A stretch of DNA of 64,000 bases from Pseudomonadota bacterium (lineage in GTDB: Bacteria; Pseudomonadota; Alphaproteobacteria; UBA2136; JAPKEQ01): contig JAYZXF010000017.1 in assembly GCA_036141575.1 (NCBI GenBank), positions 78,077 through 142,076 of the forward strand, given 5' to 3'. This document shows, one piece after another, positions 45,566 to 56,000 of the stretch (the first letter of the stretch is position 1; each line of letters starts with the position of its first letter). Under the pieces are notes generated by a model. It was not told the origin of the DNA, made no database searches, and worked only from the letters and a program-made list of their open reading frames with translations. The position numbers and the translations under genes are program-made.

Positions 45566-47452
45566 TTATAGCGCGTTCAGACGGAAGTCTGGACCAAACA
45601 CCTGGCGGAGTAGGTTGCCGTTTGGCTTCACACTCGCTTCAGCGCGCTTTTTAACAATATACTGGAATTCAAGGTCTTGACGCAAGCTTGCAGATAGCTG
45701 CTGTTGCATGGCTTCAACTTGAGAGGCCGTTGGGTTTGGCGTATTTTTAGCGTTTAGCTTAAGCAGAGCGTAGCCTGTAGGCGTTGCAACAGGGGTTGCG
45801 TAAAACTCATTTGCATCGAGGCTAAACAGCTTAAGTAGAGCTGCCGCGTTCACCCACTGAGGTGCATTTGTACGGCTGCGCGTTACACCCATCACAGTAT
45901 CAAGAGGCTTTGTCAGGTTTAGTTCACGCTCAACCTGAGCAAATGTCTTACCTGCTTTAAGGTCGCTCAATGCTTTGTTTGTTGTACGCAGTAGCTTTTC
46001 TGTACGTGCTTCATCCTGAAGGGTATCAATAATATCAATTTGAGACTCTTCAAAAGATTTTGTACGGCTTGGCGTTACAGCTGTTACATGCACAACATGT
46101 AGAACGCTCTCATCTGTAATAGGGTCAGATACATCGCCATTATTGAGGTTGAAGATTTCATCACGTACCACAGCAGCAAGTTCACGCTCTGCTTGAGTAA
46201 TGCTATCAACTTTAGTCACTTCAAGGTTAAGGGCTTCTGCAATAGCGGCAACACTTTGGCCTTCAAGAACCATGGCATCAATTTCGTTCAGTGCATTGTC
46301 AAACGCGTTTGCAGCTTTATCTTCAGACATCATCGCAATGATCTCTTCACGTACGTCTGCAAGGGCAGGGATAGCCGGCGCTTTCACTTCTGTCACTTCA
46401 ATAAGGTGGAAACCAAATGGTGTTTCAACTGGCTCAGATACCATGCCTGTTTCTAGAGAGAAGGCTGCATCAGCAAATTCAGCAACCATGTCATCACGTT
46501 TGAAGAAACCTAGGTCACCGCCTTTAGCTTTACTAATTGGGTCATTACTGAATTCAGTTGCAAGTTCAGCAAAGTCAGAGCCATCTTTAAGTTGTTGGTA
46601 TAGCTTTTCAGCTTCAACGTAGTCAGATACAAGAATATGACGTGCTTTACGCTCTTCTTCAGTTGTAAAGTCTGTTTTGTTGGCTTCGTAGTAAGCCACA
46701 AGCTCTTCTTCAGGGATGTCTATACCTTCAGCAAGCATGTCGTAAGAAAGAGTGATCACATCAGCGCTACGCATTTCAGGTACAACAAATGAAGCTGTGT
46801 ACTTGTTGTAGTACTCACGTTGAGCATCTTCAGTTGGCACGTCTACGTCTTTAATATCAGCTGTGTTGATGTAAAATACGCTGAGGTCTAGGCTTTCTAG
46901 GCCTGTTTTAGCCAGCTGTGCAGCTGTCTGCTCTGAAACAGGTAGGTTTAGAAACGCACCACTCATAAGAGACTTGGTGAGGTCTTTACGGATTTGCGCT
47001 TCAAAGCTTTCAGTTGTGTAGCCTTGCGCACGAACCAGGTTTTTATACACAGTTGCGTCAAACTCACCGTTTTCGCCGTTAAATGCGCCTGTGTTTACAA
47101 TGCTGTTGTGCAGCTGTTGGTTTGAAACACGCAGGTCAAGGTCGCTCGCAGCACCTGTAATGAGGGTATCTGTAATCAGGCTCTCTAGAACTTGTCTATC
47201 AATGCCAGCAGCGCTAATAAGCTGTGGCTCAAGCTTACGACGGTATTGTTTTTCAAGCGCCTGTACGCGATCTCTAAACTGGCGGTTTACGTCGTAAACA
47301 GAAATGCCTTCACCATTCACTTCAACAGCTGTTGTGTTGTTTGCGCCTGTGAAAAAGTCACTTGCACCCCAAGCCACAAAGCTAAGAGCCAGAATAATAA
47401 GGAAGGCTTTAAAGAAATTTGAATTTGAACTATTGCGTAGAGCTTCTAGCAT
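45566..47452 (-). CDS. ppiD: periplasmic chaperone PpiD (parvulin-type PPIase domain; ORF extends to 47572)
   Basis: N-terminal 'MLEALRNS...FLIILALSFVAWG' TM anchor and the parvulin motif 'GGDLGFFKRDDMVAEFADAAFSL..GMVSEPVETPFGFHLIEV'. Confidence 0.8.
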   Translation of the reverse strand: MLEALRNSSNSNFFKAFLIILALSFVAWGASDFFTGANNTTAVEVNGEGISVYDVNRQFRDRVQALEKQYRRKLEPQLISAAGIDRQVLESLITDTLITGAASDLDLRVSNQQLHNSIVNTGAFNGENGEFDATVYKNLVRAQGYTTESFEAQIRKDLTKSLMSGAFLNLPVSEQTAAQLAKTGLESLDLSVFYINTADIKDVDVPTEDAQREYYNKYTASFVVPEMRSADVITLSYDMLAEGIDIPEEELVAYYEANKTDFTTEEERKARHILVSDYVEAEKLYQQLKDGSDFAELATEFSNDPISKAKGGDLGFFKRDDMVAEFADAAFSLETGMVSEPVETPFGFHLIEVTEVKAPAIPALADVREEIIAMMSEDKAANAFDNALNEIDAMVLEGQSVAAIAEALNLEVTKVDSITQAERELAAVVRDEIFNLNNGDVSDPITDESVLHVVHVTAVTPSRTKSFEESQIDIIDTLQDEARTEKLLRTTNKALSDLKAGKTFAQVERELNLTKPLDTVMGVTRSRTNAPQWVNAAALLKLFSLDANEFYATPVATPTGYALLKLNAKNTPNPTASQVEAMQQQLSASLRQDLEFQYIVKKRAEASVKPNGNLLRQVFGPDFRLNAL

Positions 47453-47566
47453 GAGTATGTACCCTAATTTTTTATCTTGTTTCAGTAGCTTCTTATGAAA
47501 AGCCGTGGCATGATGCCAACGTTTATAAAAAAATACAACGCCAAACAATAAAAAAGGTGCAAAAAC

Positions 47567-48337
47567 GTGCAAGATTTTGTGAGACCTCTGCTCGCTGGAA
47601 ACTGGAAGATGAACGGAAACGTTGGCTTTTGGCGCCAGCTGACAAGAGATATTGCAGAAACAACGCTTGATTTTGATACCTTAGATATGATGGTGGCTCC
47701 ACCGTTTGTTGGTCTTGGCACAGTCTCAGATGAAATTTCAATGAACATGGGCACAAGCCTTGCTCTTGGTGTGCAAAACATTCATGCCGAGAAAGAGGGG
47801 GCTTACACGGGGGAAACCTCTCTACCGATGCTACGCGACTTTAAAGTCTCTTACGCCATTGTTGGCCATAGTGAGCGCCGTGAAATGTTTGGAGAGAGCA
47901 GCATTGATGTGGCAACCAAAGCTCGTGCGTCTCTTATGGCTGGTGTCAAACCTGTTGTGTGTATTGGTGAGCCGCTCTCTATCAAAGAAGGCGGTAAAAC
48001 AGAAGATTACATTCTGCATGAACTTGCAGAAAGCTTGCGTGGTGTGTTTATTCGCAGTGCAGATGATTTGGTTGTCGCTTATGAACCTGTATGGGCCATT
48101 GGCAGCGGGCACGCAGCAACACCGCATGATATTGCGCCAGTTATGCTGTCTATCCGCAATTACCTTATTAGCAAATATGGTGAAATGGGCTCTGGCGTAC
48201 GTATTCTATATGGTGGTTCAGTTAAGCCTGAAAACACTGAAGAGCTGATGGCGGTGCCAAATCTAAACGGCTTCCTTGTGGGTGGCGCAGCATTGAAATC
48301 AGAAAGTTTTCTTGGCATTGCTGAGAAAATGCGTTAA
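47567..48337 (+). CDS. tpiA: triosephosphate isomerase (GTG start)
   Basis: 'AGNWKMN', 'IVGHSERR' and 'YEPVWAIGSG' are canonical TIM motifs. Confidence 0.9.
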   Translation: MQDFVRPLLAGNWKMNGNVGFWRQLTRDIAETTLDFDTLDMMVAPPFVGLGTVSDEISMNMGTSLALGVQNIHAEKEGAYTGETSLPMLRDFKVSYAIVGHSERREMFGESSIDVATKARASLMAGVKPVVCIGEPLSIKEGGKTEDYILHELAESLRGVFIRSADDLVVAYEPVWAIGSGHAATPHDIAPVMLSIRNYLISKYGEMGSGVRILYGGSVKPENTEELMAVPNLNGFLVGGAALKSESFLGIAEKMR

Positions 48338-48413
48338 AAAACAAACCGACTTATATAGATAAGAGATAAAAAATTAGCCTAAAACGGCAGAATAAAAGGA
48401 TTTAGAGAACATC

Positions 48414-48818
48414 ATGCTTTACGATATTCTTATGCTAGCTCAAGTTATTATTGCAGCTTTTCTTGTGATTGTAATTCTCCTACAACGTAGCGACGGTGGT
48501 ATGGGTGCCCTTGGTGGTGAAGGTGGCGGCGCGCTTATGAGCGGTAAAGCTGTTGGTGACACTCTGACACGCGTAACAACATGGCTTGGTGTAGCGTTTA
48601 TGGGTATTTGCCTTGTTCTTGCAACACAAAGCAGCGGTAAAGGCGCTGAAAGCAGTGTTGTTGACGCAATGGTCGCTGAAGAAGCTGCTATGGAAGAGAA
48701 GTCAATGACGCCAACTATTCCAGCAGCAGTAACAGACGCTGCCACTGATGCGAAGGACGCAATCGGTGGCCTACTAGAAGGCGCTGAAGCAGCTCCACTG
48801 AACCCAGTTGATCAGTAA
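48414..48818 (+). CDS. secG: preprotein translocase subunit SecG
   Basis: 'AAFLVIVILLQRSDGGMGALGG' signature. Conserved tpiA-secG adjacency. Confidence 0.85.
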   Translation: MLYDILMLAQVIIAAFLVIVILLQRSDGGMGALGGEGGGALMSGKAVGDTLTRVTTWLGVAFMGICLVLATQSSGKGAESSVVDAMVAEEAAMEEKSMTPTIPAAVTDAATDAKDAIGGLLEGAEAAPLNPVDQ

Positions 48819-48845
48819 TTTTCTTTAAAAGACGAGGGATACACA

Positions 48846-49646
48846 ATGGCAACTCCAAAACTCGTCGATTTTTACGAAAAGAAATATGAAAATGAAGCAG
48901 GTCGGGATTACACAATCCCGACCTTTGATTTGGTTAAAAACCCACATAACCGTTTTGAAGCTACAGTGGATGCTATCCACAAGCACTTTAAAGGCGGTAA
49001 AATTCTAGAAGTGGGTGCAGGTAGCGGTATCGTTGCCTCAAGCCTTCTTAAAACAGGTTTAGAGTTTGAGAGTTACACGCTTTCAGATCTCTCTTCTCCA
49101 CGTATTGAAGCCGCGAAGCAAGCCATTGGTGATGAGCGCTTTACAACGGCTGTACTGGACGTAGAAGGGGATAATTGGCCATTTAAAGAAGATGAAAAGT
49201 TTGACTGCATCCTTGTTGTAGCCCTTATTGAGCATCTGATTGACCCAATCAGTGCGATGAGCCGCCTGCGTAATCACCTGAGTGAGGACGGCTTTATGTA
49301 CGTTCTTACGCCTAACGTGGCCCGCTGGGTGAAGCGTATTCGCCTGATGGGAGGATATTTCCCAGCAACGGCAAGCCGTGATGAAGGCCTCACAACATAT
49401 GACGGCAAGCCTGTAAGCTTGCATGATGAAGGACACATCCATTATTTCACATATCGCTCTCTTGATAAGCTGCTCACCCAATATTGTGGCTTTTCTCACA
49501 CAGTGAAGGCGCCATACTTTGAGGGGACCCGTATGGGACCTAAAGGATTTGAGTCATTTATGGCACGTCTATGGCCTGAGATGTTTGCAGAACTTGCCCT
49601 TGTCGCTTACAATAAAGCCAATGGGGAAGAGTCTGAAACAGCTTAG
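48846..49646 (+). CDS. class I SAM-dependent methyltransferase
   Basis: Motif I 'KILEVGAGSGIVASSLL' and a motif II-like 'FDCILVVALIEHL'. Confidence 0.7.
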   Translation: MATPKLVDFYEKKYENEAGRDYTIPTFDLVKNPHNRFEATVDAIHKHFKGGKILEVGAGSGIVASSLLKTGLEFESYTLSDLSSPRIEAAKQAIGDERFTTAVLDVEGDNWPFKEDEKFDCILVVALIEHLIDPISAMSRLRNHLSEDGFMYVLTPNVARWVKRIRLMGGYFPATASRDEGLTTYDGKPVSLHDEGHIHYFTYRSLDKLLTQYCGFSHTVKAPYFEGTRMGPKGFESFMARLWPEMFAELALVAYNKANGEESETA

Positions 49647-50175
49647 TCTATTACTGGGAGCATCTGCTCTCCTTTCTGGCTGTTTTCTCCTGCCACAAGA
49701 AACTATTCAAACCCGTAACAACTTTGGTAACTATAACCATGCACGCGATACATTTGATCGTGTAGTTCTTGGTTATACCAGTCGTGATGATCTTGAAATG
49801 TTTGGTTTTGCGCCTGGGCGTGCAGCAAACGTCCATGTGTTGAACTATTTGCAAGTGGCAAACCGTTTAAGTCCGTTACTACGTGGTAACCTGCCGTACG
49901 GGGTTCAACAGTGTTTTAAAGCACAAGACCATTGCCAAGCTTATGTGGTTTCTGTCAACGATATCAATAAGAGACGTTACGGTAACCCAGCGTTTGACCT
50001 TATGAATTTCCAACGTAAAACCCGTACAACAGGGTGGAAAATGGAAGCGATGTTTGTGATGGTTGGCGATATTGTTGTGCATAAGAGTTGGGATGGTACG
50101 CCTGAAATTGAAGAGTACCGTAAACGTACAAACCCACTGGGTCCTTTCCAGAACGCCAGGGGGCTTATTCGTTAA
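49621..50175 (+). CDS. putative lipoprotein (paralog of 50186-50752)
   Basis: 'MGKSLKQLSLLLGASALLSGC' lipobox. The C-terminal half aligns with the convergent neighbour ('NYLQVANRLSPLL', 'KSWDGTPEIEEYRKRTNPLGPFQNARGLI'). Confidence 0.5.
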   Translation: MGKSLKQLSLLLGASALLSGCFLLPQETIQTRNNFGNYNHARDTFDRVVLGYTSRDDLEMFGFAPGRAANVHVLNYLQVANRLSPLLRGNLPYGVQQCFKAQDHCQAYVVSVNDINKRRYGNPAFDLMNFQRKTRTTGWKMEAMFVMVGDIVVHKSWDGTPEIEEYRKRTNPLGPFQNARGLIR

Positions 50176-50185
50176 TCTTTAGGGC

Positions 50186-50752
50186 TTAAGTGCCTGGAAT
50201 CAATCCACCTACATTTTGCATAGGGCCAAGCGGTTTCACTTTTTTCTCGTACGCCTTAATAGATGGCGTTCCGCTCCAGCTTTTATAGACAACGATGTCA
50301 TCTACAAAGAGCAGTGTACTTGAGGCTTTCCAGCCTGAAATCTCTGTATTACGCCTAAATGCGAGGAAATCGACAACAATATTACCGTATCGATCACGTT
50401 GAATATCACTCACATCAACAACGTAACCAACACATTTCAGCTCTGCATCGAGGCATTTTTTAACACCTTTTGGTAGTTTGCTCTGGAATAGAGGGCTCAT
50501 GCGGTTAATCACGTCTACATAATTGAGAATCTCTATATTGGGAAGATTATCTAAATCAATATCAAAATTTAAGAAATCAGCTTTTGAAGTTTTATCCACT
50601 TCAATAAGGTCATACGCGGCTTTTGCCGCTTCATAGCTTTCCCAAATGCTATCGGTATGTGTGCTTTGTTGAGGAAGTACTCCTCTACAACCCGTAATAG
50701 AAAGGCCTAAAATCAAACACATAGCCAAACGGCTTGTTAAATACCTCTGCAT
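50186..50752 (-). CDS. putative lipoprotein (paralog of 49621-50175)
   Basis: 'CLILGLSITGC' lipobox, plus 'NYVDVINRMSPLF' and 'KSWSGTPSIKAYEKKVKPLGPMQNVGGLI'. Confidence 0.55.
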   Translation of the reverse strand: MQRYLTSRLAMCLILGLSITGCRGVLPQQSTHTDSIWESYEAAKAAYDLIEVDKTSKADFLNFDIDLDNLPNIEILNYVDVINRMSPLFQSKLPKGVKKCLDAELKCVGYVVDVSDIQRDRYGNIVVDFLAFRRNTEISGWKASSTLLFVDDIVVYKSWSGTPSIKAYEKKVKPLGPMQNVGGLIPGT

Positions 50753-50848
50753 ATAGCATTTTCTCCCTCTTATTCTACAATCTTATGTATGTGAACAAAA
50801 ATGGTTCTATATATGTCATTTTGGCACAGTGCTTGTATGTAAAATCAC

Positions 50849-52951
50849 GTGATGGCTATAAAAAGAACAAGAAATATCGTCCTAAGCGCTGTTTTAACGG
50901 CGGTTTTCTTGCATTCTGAAAGCCTTTACGCACAAAATTTCCCAGATAGCGCTCGTACAGAAAGCATTCTAAAGAGCTTAGAGCCTGTCAAAACACCTGA
51001 TGCAGACCTTGAGAGAAGCACGCTTCCAGATAAACCTGAGCCTATAGCCACACAACCAAAGGCACAGGAAAAGTCTGACAGCGAGCCACAAAAGGCTGAT
51101 ACAAAAGATGAAAAACTTCCTGACGTAGAGACAGAGGATATCAGTAGCGGTCTTGGTATCGCCAAAATTCAAAAAGCTGTGCCGTCTGAGCCTGAGTTTG
51201 AGGTAAAAACCATTGAGGTGAAGGGAAGTACTGTATTTGATGAGCGGGCACTTCGTCCATACCTTGCTGCGATGGAAGGAGACTGGCAAACCTTGTCTAA
51301 ACTTAAAGGCCTAGCCGACACACTGACACGCTTGTACCAATCTGAAGGGTACATTTTGTCGCGTGTGGTGGTGCCAGCGCAGGAAATTACATCTGGCCAC
51401 GTTGTTCTACAAGCGGTGGAAGGCAGCATTCAAGATATTCACTTTGTGGGTGATCTCCCAGAAGAGGGACGCTTGATCCAGAAGTATGCAGAAGAAATTA
51501 AAAAGTCAGTGCCTCTTAACATTAAGCAACTTGAGCGCTCAACGCTTCTTATGAATGACCTACCGGGTCTGAGCGCAAAGGCGGTACTTAGCCCTGCAAA
51601 AGATGTGACACAGCGTTTTGAAACGGGTGTAGATACAACGCAGCAAAGCTATAAGCTTCGTCAAACGCTCAAAGCGATGGGGCTTACTGAAAACCAAATT
51701 GGTAACTATGTGGATATTGTTGGCGCTGTACAGGCTGCTAATGTGAAGCAAGTTCAAGCGACAGACCTATCTCTCATCCTGCAAGGTATGGGTATTCCTG
51801 ATAACCAACGTAAGATTCTTGTAAAGAAAGCTGTTGAAGCTTCAGACCGTAACCGCTTGCAAAGCAATACACAGCAAGTGACAGAAGCACTCGTGTCTCT
51901 ATCTGACCTCAATATTTACATTGAGAGCAAAGAGAAAACAGCAAGCCTAGCCATTGATAACTTCGGAACCAAGTTTGTGGGCCCAATTCAAGTGACGGGT
52001 GCGCTGAGTATTGCCCATGACGATGAGGCCCGTAGTGAAACCTCTCTAGGCTTTAGTACATCTGCTGATATGAAAGAGATGAAGTTTGGTGAAATTAAGC
52101 ACAAACGCCAAATTGGCGATAAAGGAACCACTGTAGAAGGGACATACAGTATTGCACGCTCTGAGCCGGGCAGCACGCTTGCTGACCTTGAGTTTGAAAG
52201 TGCATCTGATGTAATTGGCGTAACGGTAGAACATCCTGTAATCCGTAGCCGTAGTAAAAACCTAAAGGTTCGTGCCACAGCTGATGCGCGTAGCAGTGAG
52301 GTGAAAACACTTGGTGACCGCTTTAGTAAAGATACCACGCGTAGTGTGCGCCTTGGTGCAACATATGACTTTGCTGATGAGTACAAAGGAATCAACCTTA
52401 TTGATGTGGAATTGAGTAAAGGCCTAGATATTCTTGGTGGTGACGATAGATCAACAACGTCACGTGCAGATGGCCAGCAGGACTACACAAAGGTTGCTGC
52501 TCAGCTTTCGCGTCTGCAACGACTTGGTAAGTTTACCAACCTTCTCGCCACTGTACGCGGTCAGTATGCCTTTAACCCACTTCTAGCGAGTGAAGAGTTT
52601 AGCTTTGGTGGCGCGTCTCAGGGGCGTGGATTTGACCCAGCAGAGCTTACGGGTGACCATGGTATTGGCGGTACACTACAGCTTTCGTATGACTTGCCAA
52701 TGTGCCGTAAGTGCCTGAAAGATATTAGTATGTACGGTTTCTATGATGCGGGTATGGTCTGGGAAGAAAATGGCGGTACTGGTGATGATAGAAGCTTTGC
52801 TTCAAGTGCGGGTCTTGGTGCAAGTATGAACTTTACAGATAAGCTTAGCGGTAAGATTGAGTTTGCCAAGCCTTTGGTTGGTTCGCGTGGCAATGATAGC
52901 GAAGATGCAAAAGCACCTGTGGTGTTAATGCGCCTAAAAGGACAATTATAA
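50849..52951 (+). CDS. two-partner secretion outer-membrane transporter (TpsB, ShlB/FhaC/HecB family)
   Basis: Signal peptide, POTRA-like region ('IEVKGSTVFDERAL', 'VVLQAVEGSIQDIHFVGD'), a C-terminal beta-barrel, and position immediately upstream of a TPS-domain exoprotein gene. Confidence 0.8.
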   Translation: MMAIKRTRNIVLSAVLTAVFLHSESLYAQNFPDSARTESILKSLEPVKTPDADLERSTLPDKPEPIATQPKAQEKSDSEPQKADTKDEKLPDVETEDISSGLGIAKIQKAVPSEPEFEVKTIEVKGSTVFDERALRPYLAAMEGDWQTLSKLKGLADTLTRLYQSEGYILSRVVVPAQEITSGHVVLQAVEGSIQDIHFVGDLPEEGRLIQKYAEEIKKSVPLNIKQLERSTLLMNDLPGLSAKAVLSPAKDVTQRFETGVDTTQQSYKLRQTLKAMGLTENQIGNYVDIVGAVQAANVKQVQATDLSLILQGMGIPDNQRKILVKKAVEASDRNRLQSNTQQVTEALVSLSDLNIYIESKEKTASLAIDNFGTKFVGPIQVTGALSIAHDDEARSETSLGFSTSADMKEMKFGEIKHKRQIGDKGTTVEGTYSIARSEPGSTLADLEFESASDVIGVTVEHPVIRSRSKNLKVRATADARSSEVKTLGDRFSKDTTRSVRLGATYDFADEYKGINLIDVELSKGLDILGGDDRSTTSRADGQQDYTKVAAQLSRLQRLGKFTNLLATVRGQYAFNPLLASEEFSFGGASQGRGFDPAELTGDHGIGGTLQLSYDLPMCRKCLKDISMYGFYDAGMVWEENGGTGDDRSFASSAGLGASMNFTDKLSGKIEFAKPLVGSRGNDSEDAKAPVVLMRLKGQL

Positions 52952-53016
52952 ACAACTGACAGGCGGAAACATTAATAAAACCGCTTATAAGAACTTAAGG
53001 AAAGTAAAACATTAAC

Positions 53017-56000
53017 ATGCTGAAAATGTTGAGGGAAAGTAAGAGTCTAACGGCCCGTTATATCCGTGGTCTGCTTTCTGCTGTGCTGACATTTTCACCG
53101 GTACTTTCTTATGCTGGCCCAACTGGCGCGGCAGTTCAAAGTGGCAATATCATTATTTCTCAGCCAGATGCAGCAAGTACACTTATCCAGCAAGGTACCC
53201 ATAAAGGGATCATTAACTGGCAAGACTTTTCCATTGGTGCAGGTGAGAGTGTTCAGTTCCAAGTGCCTTCAGCTCAGGCAAAAACATTAAACCGTGTAAT
53301 CGGTCATAATGTTTCTGATATCCAAGGCGCACTCAGCAGTAATGGACAGCTTTATCTTGTAAACCCGAACGGGGTGATCTTTGGGGCTGGCTCTCGCGTA
53401 GATGCGGCAGGCCTCCTGGTTACAACTTCTAATGTTTCAGATGAAGATTTCCTAAATAACTTTTTGAATTTACAAGAGGCTTCTGAAGGTTCTGCCATTG
53501 TGAACAATGGTGATATCTCGATTAAAGATGGCGGCTTTGCCTTGCTTGTTGCCCCACAAGTGGTGAACAACGGAACCATTATTGCGCGCTTTGGTAAAGT
53601 GGGTATTGGTGCAGGTTCTAAAGGAACCATTGATCTTTATGGTGATGGGTTGATTCAGTTTGAACCATCAAGCGATGTTGCAAATCTTGTGAATAACGGC
53701 GTCATTCGCGGTGGTTATGTAGAGCTAACCGCAGCAGATGTAGACGCCCTCCTTAAAGGTGTTGTGCGTGTAAACGGTTTTGTAAGTGCAGACCATGTGG
53801 TGATTGAAGGGGGCGAAAACTCTATTGTACGCCTGAATGGTTCAGTCATAGCGCAGCGTGAAGCTGAGCAAATTGGTGGTCGCGTAGATGTACTGGGTGA
53901 CCTAGTTTCTCTACTTGAAAATACTGATATTGATGTTTCTGGTGAACTTGGCGGTGGTCAAGTCCATGTGGGTGGAGACTACCAAGGTAAAGGTACGCTT
54001 AAAACAGCTACAACTACATATATGACTGCAGGCGCAGAGATTGATGCCAGTGCTATCCGTATGGGTGATGGTGGTAAAGTGATTCTTTGGGCTGATGGCA
54101 CCACACACTTTGCAGGCGATATTGTCGCGACTGGTGGTTCTGATGGCGGTGATGGTGGTTTTGTTGAAACCAGTGGTAAGGGGCAACTTGCCTACCGTGG
54201 TGCAGTGGATGTAACTGCTGAAAATGGTGATATTGGTTCACTGCTTCTTGACCCTGAAAATATTACAATTTCATCTGATCCATTTACACCAACTGATCTG
54301 GCAGGTGGTGTGTATTGGTTTGACCCAAGCGCCGTTGGTGGTGTGAACACAACGGGTAGCAATGTGACTCAGATTAATGACCTGATTCCAGGCGTGGGTG
54401 GTTCTAATAACGCCACGCAAGGCTCTGCAGCTCTTCAAGCTGAACTTGTAGCAGCAGGCCTTAACGGTCGTGATGCGCTCGATTTTGATGGCGCAGATGG
54501 TTATGACATGGCCAACAATGCATCTATCAACACCTCAGGAAGTACCGACCGTATTATCCTCATTGCCTTTAGAACAGGCGCAGACGTAACAAGCCAGCAG
54601 TACCTGTATGAGCAGGGTGGTGGCTCTAACGGTTATGGTATGTATATTGAGGCAGGGCAACTTGTTGTCGCGGGTTGGCGTAACAGTAGCGGTAGCTGGA
54701 ACAACTACGCAACAACTGCAGTTACACCAAATACCACTTACGTGGCAGGTTTAAACCTAGATAACAACACCATGAGTGCATGGGTAAACGGCGATAAGTT
54801 CCAAACATATAACAACACCAATGGCCAAAATGCCCATAGTGGTGGTATTGACCTCGGTCGTAACGGAGATACCCGTGACGCTTCAGGGAGCCTTGGCGCT
54901 TGCTGTAACTTCCTTGGTCAGATAGGTGAAGTAATTCAGTACAACACAGCCGCAACAGATGCTGAAATGCAGGAAGTGTCTCAGTATCTTGCGCTTCAGT
55001 GGGGTGCAACGCTAGATTCACCAGGCACAGATTACACAATTTCACTTGAGAACCTAGAGGCACAGCTTGCTGGCGCAAACATTACCCTTCAGGCTGAAGA
55101 TAACATCACCATTGATGATATTGCTGATGATAGCCTAGACCTTGCCATGGACGGCACAGGCAGCTTTACACTGATTGCTGATAATGATGCAGACGGTGTG
55201 GGTACCATTAGTATGGACGCCTCAGACGCCATTGTGACCCAAGGTGGTGATATCACCATGACGGGTGCCGTGATTGATGTGAATAATATTACAAGTAACG
55301 GCGGTGACGTAACACTCAGCGCAACAGCAGCCCTTACAGCCGATGTAATTAATGCCGGTGCAGGTAACATTGCCCTGACAGCTGACAGCAATAACGATAG
55401 CGCAGCTGTGGCTCTTACAACGTCTGATCTGACTGCTGATGGCATTACGCTAACTGGTGGGTCGGATAATGATGATATTCTCAACCTCTCTGGCACCATT
55501 AGCAGTGGAGCGGGGGGCTTAAGTCTCAATAATTTTGCAAGTGGTGACCTCGATAACGCCACAATTGATACAAATGGCCAAGCCTTTAACAGTGCCATTA
55601 ACTTTACGCTAAGCGGCGCAGGGGTAAGTACGATTCAAACTGGCGGTGGTGATATTACGCATTCTGGAACCTTTGATGGTACGGAAGGACTTATTTTAAA
55701 CGCTGGCGCTGGTAATATTGACCTCAGTGGTGCAGCTGGTGGTGGTACAGCTCTAACCAGCCTCACAGCAACAGGTTCTACTATTCAGCTGGATGATGTG
55801 ACAACGGTTTGGCATCAAAACTATACGGGTGCAACCACAACCAATGGCGACCTTGCTGCCACGGGTGCAGGTAATGTGCGCTTTGTAAATAATGTTACGT
55901 TGGGTGCGGATACCAACATCACAACCAATACTGGAGATATTGACTTTGGCGGCACGGTTGATGGTGGGCAAGCGCTTGTGCTAAATTCGACATCTGGTGA

